This document shows positions 26,030 to 36,238 of a stretch of DNA of 64,000 nt, piece by piece. Location of the stretch: assembly GCF_015706575.1 (NCBI RefSeq), contig NW_024037060.1:2664515-2728514 (forward strand), read 5' to 3'. Positions within the stretch are counted from its first letter, which is position 1. Every line of letters begins with the position of its first letter. The notes under the pieces were generated by a model. That model was not told where the DNA came from and did no database searches. It was given only the letters and a program-made list of their open reading frames with translations. This stretch comes from Patiria miniata (lineage: Eukaryota). Made by a program: the position numbers and the translations under genes.

Positions 26030-26215
26030 GTGAGGGACGCTTTGTTCGAAGAGTGTAATGTACATCACGTGGTCTTGGTGTAGTAGACGACTGTTTCATG
26101 ATGGCTTTCATAACCAATAATATTTTTTTTATGTGGGATGGGCGCTTTGTTCGCAGAGCTGAATGATCCTCACGTGGTCTTAATAGCATATGGCTGTATA
26201 ATGATGGTATTTTTA
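26030..26215. repeat. Tandem duplication of a ~90-bp unit, each copy carrying a CACGTGGTC E-box
   Basis: gggacgctttgttcgaagagtgtaatgtacatcacgtggtcttggtgtag... is repeated as gggcgctttgttcgcagagctgaatgatcctcacgtggtcttaatag... Confidence 0.5.
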
Positions 26216-27056
26216 AACCTAAACTAAAATCTATTTAAAAAGAGCAAAACCCAATTATTGAAGTTAACTTCAATATTGTTTTGGTTCGGAATAAATCAAC
26301 TAAGCGGGGCAATTGATACCGGTATTGGTTGACATGTTCAATATGTTGAATATTTATTTCAATTGGCGTAACTGGGGTCTCATGATTTGCAGGAAGAGGG
26401 GGAAGGGCTCATTTCTTGAGAGAGAATGCCACCTTCAATGACGACATGACATAAATTATATTTGTTTTTGCTCAGCAGAACAGAACAATCTTTAAGTTTT
26501 TACTACTTAAATGAATTGCTGTCCAAAATGTGGCTGCCTAGACCTGCTTATTAGGAACGTAGGGCCTGACTTGCGTTGGTCATTACCAAGAATCAATTTT
26601 TACATAACAAACTGTTGGGCTTCATACTCTCCTAGGTTTTTGGTGTAAGGTTTTAGGTGTAATCTTAAAATTGTACATGTATTAACAAATACCCCGTCTC
26701 AACATGAAATATGTTTGCCAAAAAAAACCGCATTCAACTGAAATGGTGTGGCAAATGGTTTTGCCTTTTCTTTTTGTGGATAGATGGCCAAATTGCATCC
26801 AAGGATAAACCTTTTACGTCTAAAAACGAAACTTGAGTTTAAACTTCACCCTAAACATGTTGAACTTTACCAACCCCCGCGCGACCTTTAAGTTGCCTTC
26901 CAACATGTAGGGTTGCCGGAAGATGACGGTCTTTGTGGTTTCCTCCTGCGCTTTGGGGGAAGGGGATCACAAGCGAACTCAACGTGATCGAGGTGAAGGG
27001 ACAGCATGTGGGTCAGTTAGAGTATGTGTGGGGGAGGGGTAAGTTGGGTGCTGTGG

Positions 27057-27282
27057 TGGGGTGCTGTGGGTCAATGGTTGGAATACGGTGTTCCACTCGT
27101 GTGCCTTAGTACATGGGTTAATGAATACTGACGGGGAATATGGTGCTTGAGCTCTTGAGCAAGGCATTTTACCATTATTGCTTCGTCCTTCAGATGGGAC
27201 GTCAAGCCGTAGGTCCCGTATGCTGTGCATGTAATGCACGTTAAAGAACCCATTAACACTGATCGCTAAGAGAAGGGGTTTG
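27057..27282 (+). mobile_element. tRNA-derived SINE, copy 2 (sense strand = plus), in intron 1 of the MEGF/Draper-like gene
   Basis: It is the near-exact reverse complement of the element at 57185-57425. The tRNA-like head is GGGGTGCTGTGGGTCAATGGTTGG... Confidence 0.65.
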
Positions 27283-27854
27283 TCCTGGTGTTTCTGGCAA
27301 TGGTTACAATATGCGCTGCAGCACCTAGACCCTTATAAAGGTGCTACACATAATTGATAAGCCGGATTATTGTGATTTGTTTGTATATAATTTTTCAGGA
27401 TTTTTTTGTTAAGTTTCTTTGAAGAATGATAGCTGGATGCTAAATCGGAAGGGTTTCAACTTAAACTTCCAATCAAAAGTTTTAAAAACTGGACTCGGAC
27501 GATTTTTTTTCTCGAGTGAATTGCACCTGAAAAATCTCCAGTTCAGAAACATTAAATACAAATCTGGGAAAATAAGCTCATCTAAATAATCAAATGCTGA
27601 TGCGAAATGAATATTAAATTGTTTTTTCTATTATGCGGCCATGGATTTCACGATCGGTTCAAAGAAAATCGTACAGCATGTAATAAGATTTGGGTGCTAA
27701 ATGAGCCGAGAATGGTGAATTTTGTGTCGGAAACAATCATTATTGTTGGATCGTGGTAAAAAAAACGGATGCAGGTAACAGCACGAGTATGGAGAAAGCT
27801 GTAAAATTAACAAGACTCAAATTTTAATGTTCCTATTTCTGTTTTTTTTTTCAG

Positions 27855-27940
27855 TGATGCAGAGGTCTATCTAAAGCAAGACTGGGACACATTCACTTCC
27901 TGTTGCAAGGCGCTATATCCCAACCAAACATGTCCCATAG
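27855..27940 (+). CDS. Exon encoding the C-terminal end of an EMI domain (DAEVYLKQDWDTFTSCCKALYPNQTCPI)
   Basis: The acceptor is tttttttttcag|TGATGC and the donor is CCATAG|gtgagt. The motif CC-x3-Y-x4-C-P-I matches the 'CCPGYYESGDFCIP' end of the EMI domains of MEGF10, MEGF11, PEAR1 and Draper. The phase is compatible with the next exon. Confidence 0.6.
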
Positions 27941-28100
27941 GTGAGTTAACATTCGGACATATTGGTGAGCTAATGGATAATGTTCTCCCCTTATCATGAT
28001 GCATCCAGATCTAAAATTAAGCGTTATTTCCCTTTCATGTGTACTGGGTGAATAGCTAGCGAAAAAAGTTCTCTTCTGCTGCATATCCATAATAACGTCC

Positions 28101-28336
28101 TACTCTCTAAATTCAGAAGAGTGAAAATTCACTCCAGTCGAGTGAAGATTCACTCCCACAATCGAAAACTAGGGACTAGACGTTTAAGAGTGAAATGTCT
28201 TCAATCGTAAAGATCGAGTTTTCACTCGAGCTTCGTCCGAAGTGGTTCTTTTTCAGGCTATTTAAATCGAAAATGAGAGTGATTTTCACTCTAAAACGTC
28301 TAGTCCCTAATTTCACTCTTTGGAGTTTAGAGAGTA
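28101..28336. mobile_element. Foldback/MITE-like element (~235 bp) in intron of the MEGF/Draper-like gene; TIRs tactctctaaattcagaagagtgaaa / tttcactctttggagtttagagagta
   Basis: The 26-bp TIRs have 4 mismatches. A nested inner inverted repeat is also present (ctagggactagacgtttaagagtgaaa / ttcactctaaaacgtctagtccctaa). Confidence 0.45.
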
Positions 28337-29513
28337 CAGACGTGAAATGAAATAGGCCTGATTGTCGAGCGTAAGAGGGCGCTTTAAATGACGCCATTTG
28401 GGATATAAACATACGTGAATCCAAGGTATTTAGTGAGGAATAAACACATTTTGCAACAGTTAAAACGTAGGCTTAATTTTAAATTAAGTACTTAACTGCT
28501 TCAATAAACAGGATTGGGATTTTTGTATAGTGTTTGTATACACCCAAAAATGGCGTAGTTTCATTCAATGGCGGGTGGACCAGTGTGCAATGAGCTAGCG
28601 ATTAAAGTTTCTCCGGCCCCGGCTAAACATCTAAACCAACTGAGCTGAACACGTCTCCTTTGTGATTGTAGAGTAAGACATTGTTGAGTGAGCTGAACCC
28701 AAGAAATAAAGTTCCGTTCCGTCCTCTGGGTGGTTTACTGCGAGGTCAAACCAAGCATATCCGCATTGAATGATGGATGCTAAAATAGAAAAATAGGAAT
28801 TCCCAAATCGGGTGATTCAACCGAATGAGTCAAAGATGTCAGCACCATCCCGATCCCCGATGCATTTTAAATTGTGTGAGATCTTTGTATGGATGAAACA
28901 ATTTCAGTGAGGTTTCTTAATTCAAAACTTCGTGGAAGCATGAAAAAGACTCGGTGGAAATTCGCCACGGCAAGCACCCGTCACTTCCCGATCAACGAAC
29001 TGCATTACAATCCACACCCCGTGGTTTAATGCAATAAACATGTTACATTATGCTTTTGAGGGGAAATAGGGAACTTGAATTGCCAGCGTCATCGTGACGT
29101 CGTTGTAAATACAGCTGCGTCTGATCTAAAGAAGTTGTCGTGTTAACTCAACCTTGGTACTTTGTGTCCTCAGTTTGTATTTTGGCTAAAATTGTAATGT
29201 TCATGAAAGTTTACAATATGCATTTTTGAAGCAACAACATCCGATTCTTTGAAAACTTTTTATGAGGGCAAATTCTCTTCTGTCTTATTTGTGTTTCTTC
29301 AACCCTATTGCTCAGTCCTTCGGTCGCTTGATTGATTTTCTTTTCGTAGAATTTAGGTGGTTTCAAATTACGCATACATAATAAATGTTTTTCTATTCTC
29401 GAGGAGGACTTTGTCCCCAGTCTAACTGTTATAATTCGAATTACTGGTAAAAATTTGCAGAAATTGAATGACCAATTCTTTTGGGTGATTTTTCACTCCT
29501 CGTTTTTCGTCAG

Positions 29514-29721
29514 CTTGTCCGTGCCGAAACGGGGCCGAATGCTCGCCGAACAACCGAACCTGCGCCTGCAAACCGGGATGGGTCGGCCCCCAGTGTCAAA
29601 GGTCATGTCGGGACAGTGATAATCACACATACGGTCCGGGCTGTAAGCGGAGCTGCCGCTGTGGTCCGGACGCTACGTGCGAACCGATAACCGGCGTCTG
29701 CGAATGCGTCCATCCTGAAAA
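29514..29721 (+). CDS. EGF-like exons 1-2 (CPCRNGAECSPNNRTCACKPGWVGPQCQRSCRDSDNHTYGPGCKRSCRCGPDATCEPITGVCECVHPE)
   Basis: The acceptor is ttttcgtcag| and the donor is GAAAA|gtgagt. The cysteine pattern C-x-C-x2-GW-x-G-x2-C and YGPGC-x3-C-x-C are the laminin-type EGF repeats diagnostic of the MEGF/Draper/CED-1 family. The phase joins the flanking exons without stops. Confidence 0.75.
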
Positions 29722-30124
29722 GTGAGTTCCAATGTGGTCACGTGATTTGTCGTCCAGTATAGACATTATGCACGGCAGCCATCTTTGAGGGCGGTGCTCA
29801 GTCACTGAGTGTGTTTTGTTCAGCCCGTCATTGAAATATTTGTTTATTCTTCGTTACAATATCAGTTACGATAGTTTTCTGATACCTTTCCCCCGCATTT
29901 TCTTAATTATTTCTTTAAATAGTAATGTATTGGTTCATTTATTTATATCATGCATCTATCCTATCTTTATCGATATCTTCTGTTTTATTTATATCAACTG
30001 TTTTAAAACAATATCAATCAATAGTCAATACGCACGGAAGGCAAAAATAACTGAACGAATCGCTGATGTTCTGTTTTCGTACAGGAATAACTTTTTGCTA
30101 TATATATTTTTTTGACGGTGGCAG

Positions 30125-30234
30125 TTGTACAGCGCGTTGCTCTAGAAATCGTTATGGTCCAACATGTCGTCAAAAGTGCCGATGTAAGAAGACGGGCGAG
30201 TGTGATCAAGTGACCGGGGCATGTATCGTGACAG
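30125..30234 (+). CDS. EGF-like exon (NCTARCSRNRYGPTCRQKCRCKKTGECDQVTGACIVT)
   Basis: The acceptor is ggtggcag| and the donor is GACAG|gtatgt. It is in phase with the neighbouring exons and carries the MEGF-type YGPxC...C-x-C...G-x-C pattern. Confidence 0.75.
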
Positions 30235-30771
30235 GTATGTCCGATTCCAACTTGTGGGCGGATCCTGGTGGGAGGGTGTGGATGGGTTAATACCTGTGTA
30301 GGAGTTTAATGCTCGAAAAAAAGGGATTGGGAGAAGCGTGTCCATTCAACAGCATTGATATTACTACTGACTTAGGATTGATTTTAATCAATCCTAAGAA
30401 TATAATCTCTCCGATTTCTGATTCTTCTCCGAAGAAAATCCAAACAAGAATCTGTAAAAAAATAATGAAATATTGCAAAGTCAGTGAGTGCAGTGAAAAA
30501 TTCGGCATTGGTGTGGAACAAAGCGGCTGATGGAGTCCAACTGCAAAAGGTGCAAAAATTTGTGAAAAAGAAGGACATAAAGAGAAAAATCCTCAATCAA
30601 ATATCTTAGCTGTTGTGTCCAAAATCGGACGGAAATCAGAGTGAAGAACATGACTTTATTTTCTTTAAAAGCAAAAGGAAAAAGAAATGCCGAATGAGAT
30701 GGATTCTCATCTCTTGGAAAACAAAGATCAAATGCACAATTTTTTTTCTTCGATTTCGTCCACTGCGAATA

Positions 30772-30986
30772 GATGGCTCACCGTCGAGCTGCGGCTGTTT
30801 GAACGGCGGAACCTGCCGATCTCACGGTAAGCCGTGCCGGTGCCCGGCCGCTTGGACGGGCCGTCTTTGCGACGTTCCTTGCCCGTCGGGATACTACGGA
30901 GATGACTGCTCGATTCAGTGTGAGTGCGGAGACAACTCGACTTGCAGCCGGTCGACCGGGCTGTGTGAATGTACGACTGGAAACAA
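30772..30986 (+). CDS. EGF-like exons (DGSPSSCGCLNGGTCRSHGKPCRCPAAWTGRLCDVPCPSGYYGDDCSIQCECGDNSTCSRSTGLCECTTGN)
   Basis: The acceptor is gcgaatag| and the donor is AACAA|gtaaga. The repeat reads C-x-C-x2-AWTG-x2-C followed by a second laminin-EGF. Phase 1 entering and phase 2 leaving are both consistent with the neighbours. Confidence 0.75.
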
Positions 30987-31231
30987 GTAAGAACAGATCA
31001 ATGGCATTACTGATGAAGTGGAATTGTTTGAAGTATAGGGGAGGGGTGGAGCCTGTGGAAATCAGGGGCGCAACTCTCCGCACGTGTAGGCCTATTGACC
31101 CTACAATTTTAAGGAGTGGAGTAATATGGGAAGTAAAAAAAAGTAATATTATGGCGATTATTATATTGCTTTACTCTTAAGTATTACCCCTGGCCCTATT
31201 CATCAGGCGACGAAACCACTTTTTTTTTCTG

Positions 31232-31400
31232 CAGCAGCTCGAGATCAGCACAATCTGGTTTCTACTCTCACATATACCCATTTATAATGTACCCCTTGGT
31301 GGAGAGAGGAAATTGTAGTAAAATATCTTGCTCAAGAACACAAGCATCACGTTACCAGGCTGGGTTTGAACCAGGACCAATGGACCACGGCACTCCACAG
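31232..31400 (-). mobile_element. tRNA-derived SINE, copy 3, in the intron between EGF exons
   Basis: It has the same head and body as copy 1 (cagcagctcgagatc...ggtggagagagg...gggtttgaacc...tggaccacggcac). A T9 run on the + strand at 31222-31230 corresponds to the A-tail of the - strand element. Confidence 0.6.
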
Positions 31401-31737
31401 TCATGTTGTCCCATTATGCCGCAATTGGAAGTGGCAACATTGTCATAAAGCGACGAAATAAGAGAAAGTCATCATGACAACTCCAGTCTCCAGTTATTTA
31501 TAGTAGTGAGAGTTCATCCCCCGAAGCGTGCCGTTCGTTTGGTTTCTTCATGAGACTGTTTCCGACCCAATCCAACGACTTGTCACTCTTTTTGAAATAC
31601 TGCAACGATGTTATCTACCACAGGAATTTGAATCATCGTGACTTGACATAAGTGAAATCTCTTTGAATTTCGTCCCTGAAATACCCCAATGAAAATGATG
31701 GAAGTGAAATTTCTTAAACTTTCACTATTTTCCCCAG

Positions 31738-31892
31738 GTACTCGTGTGTGGGCCGGTGTCCGGAGGGACTGTGCGGTCCGCGGTGCTGGGACGAATGCAG
31801 ATGCCCGGCCGGTCTGGTGTGTCACCAGTGGACGGGAGATTGCGAATGTCGGACAGGCGATTGCACCAACAATCTGATTGGAGCAGCAACAG
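31738..31892 (+). CDS. EGF-like exon (KYSCVGRCPEGLCGPRCWDECRCPAGLVCHQWTGDCECRTGDCTNNLIGAAT)
   Basis: The acceptor is ttttccccag| and the donor is AACAG|gtacac. It is cysteine-rich in an EGF pattern and its phase is consistent with the neighbours. Confidence 0.75.
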
Positions 31893-32776
31893 GTACACTG
31901 GGTGATAAATAGTTGAAGGTCTTATAGTGTTGCAGACTGGTAGATAAAGTGACCTACAAACCCAAAATAACGGAAATTAAGTAAAAGAAAACATCAAATG
32001 ATAGACCCAGATCTCTGAGATGTTTAATGATGCTATAGCATGGATTTTCCGTGCTATTTTGGTTATTGAATTATTTCTTCAAACCCCCTCCCCCCCCCCC
32101 CCCCCGAATTATTGGCTACAAGACAAAAAGGCAGCAATTGTAAAAACTGCCCAAATTCGGAATAAAGTAGTTTTTCCGTTAAAACAAAACATGTAAATTC
32201 AAAATTTCGTTAGGGGAAAAATAGGCCTAATCCATTTCTTGTCGAAAACGGGGTTTGCAACTTTACGATAAAAAGTTACCATGGCTGGCTGCTCCATCCA
32301 TCACTTTCTGTTTAATTCCTAGGGGGAATGTCGTGACTGTTTGGCGATTTCCCATGCAGCGTTGGTCATCGCTAGAAAAATTCCAGAAGCTCAAACTGCA
32401 AAATCTCCTTATAAAGGTCCCTCAACTCCGAGAAAACGAGCAACCTCTTAACTCCCGGATATAGCGCCCCCTCGCGGTTCAATGAAGCTTCCGATTAGAA
32501 AACGATACAAACAGACGGATATTTCCTGCGCTATTGATTGGGCTGAATATATAGCGCCCCAATAATCATGTTTCACTTATGTGTTATACACGTATTTGAC
32601 ATGAGATATCAGTGCATGAAACAGTCGTGACCGTTGCTGCTGATGCACTGTGAAGGTGTGTGGGGTGAAGTGTGAATTATACACTCCAAAAAATTGTGTT
32701 TAGCAATTAAACACAGTCTTGCTATCATTTTTGTAGACGCTAAACATTACGCGTCCAATTCCTAAAGATCAATGTT

Positions 32777-32926
32777 CAATAGACCGAAGACATGATGACG
32801 TCACGCTTTGTTTACATGTGCGCTTTCCTATGAGAGCCATATGGAGAGCCAATCGTCTCCACCTGGCTCCCATAGGAAAGCGCACATGTGAACAAAGCGT
32901 GACGTCATCATGTCTTCGGTCTATTG
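32777..32926. repeat. 150-bp near-perfect palindrome (62-bp arms, ~26-bp spacer) containing TGACGTCA in each arm
   Basis: Left arm caatagaccgaagacatgatgacgtcacgctttgtttacatgtgcgctttcctatgagagcca. The right arm is its reverse complement with 2 mismatches. Confidence 0.7.
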
Positions 32927-35820
32927 CTAAACACCATCCAATCCATCAATACTCAAAACATGTTACTATTTAGTATTTGAACATATTTACAAAGTGATAG
33001 CAAGAAAGTGTTCGGAAATTGCTAAACATAACTTTTTGCTGAGTACCTGTTTTCCACGGTTCCGAATGGCCCTTCATTTGTGTCCGGTGCCAGTGAAAAA
33101 TAAAATATAAGTCATATATTTTATTACCAAGCAAAGAGAATTACATTATCAGAAACACTGGCTTCCATTAGCCTATGGCTTCTTTTTTTCATCGAAAACT
33201 ATTTCCATGGAGGTACAAAAAAATTTAAAACATATATCGTCGCCAAAATAATAAACATTAAAATGTTACAAAGTAATGCACACCGCCTGGAAACTCCCAT
33301 AGACCTTGACTAAGTTTTGAAAGATCGATGTCCCTTATGTGAACGCATTTTTAGAGGTTCATTAAACTCTCGGTGAGTTGACGAAACGGAAAGTGCGAAC
33401 TCTAGAAACAAAACAACAATGTGTCCAACAAAAACGAATAGAGGAAGTGGCTGGCTTGGTGCGTGAGAAATCGATCGTGAGAACGAGGCCAGAACGAATC
33501 ATGTTAAGCGGAAAGTATCTGTGTCGGACCCTGCATATTACAACAAAAAGTTTGATATCAGAGCCCCAATTAAATCAAAATTTGCAAGTAATTATGGTTA
33601 AGAGTTGGCCTACATCATCCAATGATCGCTCCTGCTAATAATTTGCATGACTTGTAGTTTCTATTCCGCTTAAGGACTAGGCCTATTAAGAATAGCAATG
33701 TATATCTATTATGTGATTAATTGGTATTTTTTTGCTAAACATGTCCATGTAGCACCTTTTGTTTGTGCATGATGACTGATGTTTACAATATTTCTTAGTG
33801 CCAACTAAAATGGAAACTTATGTCTTCCATGGTGAGATTCTGCAATGGTCTTGGATAAATATTCATTTATATATCGATTTGACCCGTTGCTTTCAAAACG
33901 AAAACTAATTACAAGTAACACCTTATATCAGCTAAGTTTTTCGTGAATGATTATAGTGGGGAAAGGCGGTAGTTGGTATAGCATCGTCGCAAAAAAAAAT
34001 GGACAGCATTTTTTGGCCACTTTGTTAGTTTTTGTCCTCGCCCAACCGAGCCAATTTTCATGAAACTGAAGTAAGTCTATATATGTTCTATGAAATTTAC
34101 TGACAACAAGGCTTCGAGAACAGATTTTTCGCTGGTTGCCTGGTTTTGCTTTGTATAAAGGTGTATAGCGAACTTGTGTGTTAAGCACGTCCCTGAACTA
34201 GGTTGACCGCTTATCCTATACGGAAGCCATGGGCGTCCGCTGAACGTTTAATAACAACTACAGTATATAGAAAACCGTACAACTCTATGCTTGCTTTCGA
34301 AGTATCTGTTTTAATAATTATCGACTGAAATTTAACAACACTTGATTTTCCAAGAAAGTGTACACGGATCCATGCAAATTGTAGTCTATGGAATATCCCC
34401 TTGGGTCTGTGATAATTTTATGCGACCAGATTCGGCGGTAAATTATGCAAAACAAGACTGCGTCTTGGCCTGGAGATTCTGACCATTCAGCGGGTGCATT
34501 TGGTAACCCGTTGTTGTATTGACATGGCGTCCTAAAGAAAAACTGACCAATCAACAGCTTAGTCCACATTTCTGATCGAAATGACGTCACAGTTTCGGGG
34601 TCGCATAAAATGTCCATGTTAGGTATATCAGAGTTGGACAGTGGCTCTGCACACGTAACTATCGGATCCTCAGACTATATGTAAATAATAATTATTGTAC
34701 GAGTGAACAGATAAATGAATACATCAGATGCCTAAAAGAATATAGTGATGGTGATATTTTTTGAAGTGCAGAAGATCGATTTGAGAGAAAGAAAAACCTT
34801 TTAGTTTGTATATGACATAAGGTTGCGGTTGCACCGTGCATTCTCGTCTGTGAAAGTCAGAATTGTTCTCTGAGAATAATTCACACCTCCGTTTATTTTC
34901 TTCAGAACTACAAGTTTTTCAAGGGAAAGATACATGTATTTCATGGTGTACCCGCATACATATACTTTATTGTGCCTGTCCACCATGCAAAGCTTCAAAT
35001 CACATTTGATACTTGTTTGTATAAGATAAGGACCTCTTTTTAAGATGACACCACATATTCACAAGTAGCGTAGGCCTACATGGCTTGGGGCGCAGTTCAA
35101 TGATTCATTACTTTTTTTAAGTAAAGGTCAGATCCTGAAAAGCCAGGGCTTTCCCCAAACATGCCGGGGAAGCTGATGAGGCAGAACAACCTCAACAGCT
35201 GTAGAGCCAGACGGTGGGGAGGGGGGGGGGGGGTGTATAATTGTACGGGACGTCCGGGGACAGGGGTAAAGAAAAGATCTGGGGATGGGTCACGTGATTG
35301 TGGTCGTTGGCAAGACTGGTCGAATCAAAAGGTGGTGTTATAATAGAGCGAGTATAGCTTATTGAACAAAGAATGCTTTCAATTGTTCCACTGTCCCTAA
35401 AACTGAATATGTTATATGATTGCACCTTAATTACCAACTATAAATGATCTTTTCCTTCCAAATTAACACAACTCAGGACAATCAGACACCTTTTCTCTGC
35501 TTGCTTGTTGTTTCTTGACATCGTCTTCCTTCCTTTTTTTTAATTATTTTTTTTAATTAAACCTGCAGGAAAAGTCAGTAAAGCAATGAGTTTCCAGAGC
35601 CCTAATTGGGCCCTCGTATAAAACGAGTGAGATTAGAAAAACAATGTTCACAAACGAGTCAGCTGAGTGCAAGTTTAACTGCTTTTAGTCAAATCTAACC
35701 AGAATATTTTTAGAATTTAAGTCTCTTAAAAAATGCCGTTATAGCTTTATAAAATGCGTCTAGACGTACATATAAGTCACCAAACTGAATCATATATTTG
35801 TATTGTTTTGTCACCAAAAG

Positions 35821-36238
35821 GCCTAGATATAAGCACAGCTACTGTCACCACACCACGTACGACCCAACCTACGCCACTAGAGACTAACGCCACAACTGGT
35901 ACGCTTCCCCCACCCACTTCAACCACCGCCCTGTCTTCACTTCACACCAAGCAGAAAACAACGGTCATCCCCACATCAACCGACGGGTCAACGACACGAC
36001 ACGCGGCCGGGAAAAGCGACGACCGGCCGGCGGCGACGGGCGAGACCGGCCCGGTAGCGGATGGGTCGCCGCAGCGGAGCGACGATGACGCAGCCAAGCC
36101 AGCGGGAAATGGGTTCTATCCGACGGCGCCGTTTTGGGGTGTGGTGGGTACCATCGCGGTGTTGCTCCTGGTCGTCGTCGTATTGCTGTTACTCATACTA
36201 AAGCGACAAGTGTCATCGTCCCGATTGGCATTGACACG
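35821..36238 (+). CDS. Exon encoding a Thr/Pro-rich mucin-like stalk, the transmembrane helix (FWGVVGTIAVLLLVVVVLLLLIL) and the basic stop-transfer KRQVSSSRLALT
   Basis: The acceptor is tcaccaaaag| and the donor is ACACG|gtaagt. A 23-residue hydrophobic stretch is followed by KRQ. The upstream T/P/S-rich segment (TTPRTTQPTPLETNATTGTLPPPTSTT) resembles an O-glycosylated stalk. The phase joins the EGF exon upstream and the cytoplasmic exon downstream. The 162-aa ORF in the track starts artificially at an internal Met. Confidence 0.7.
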
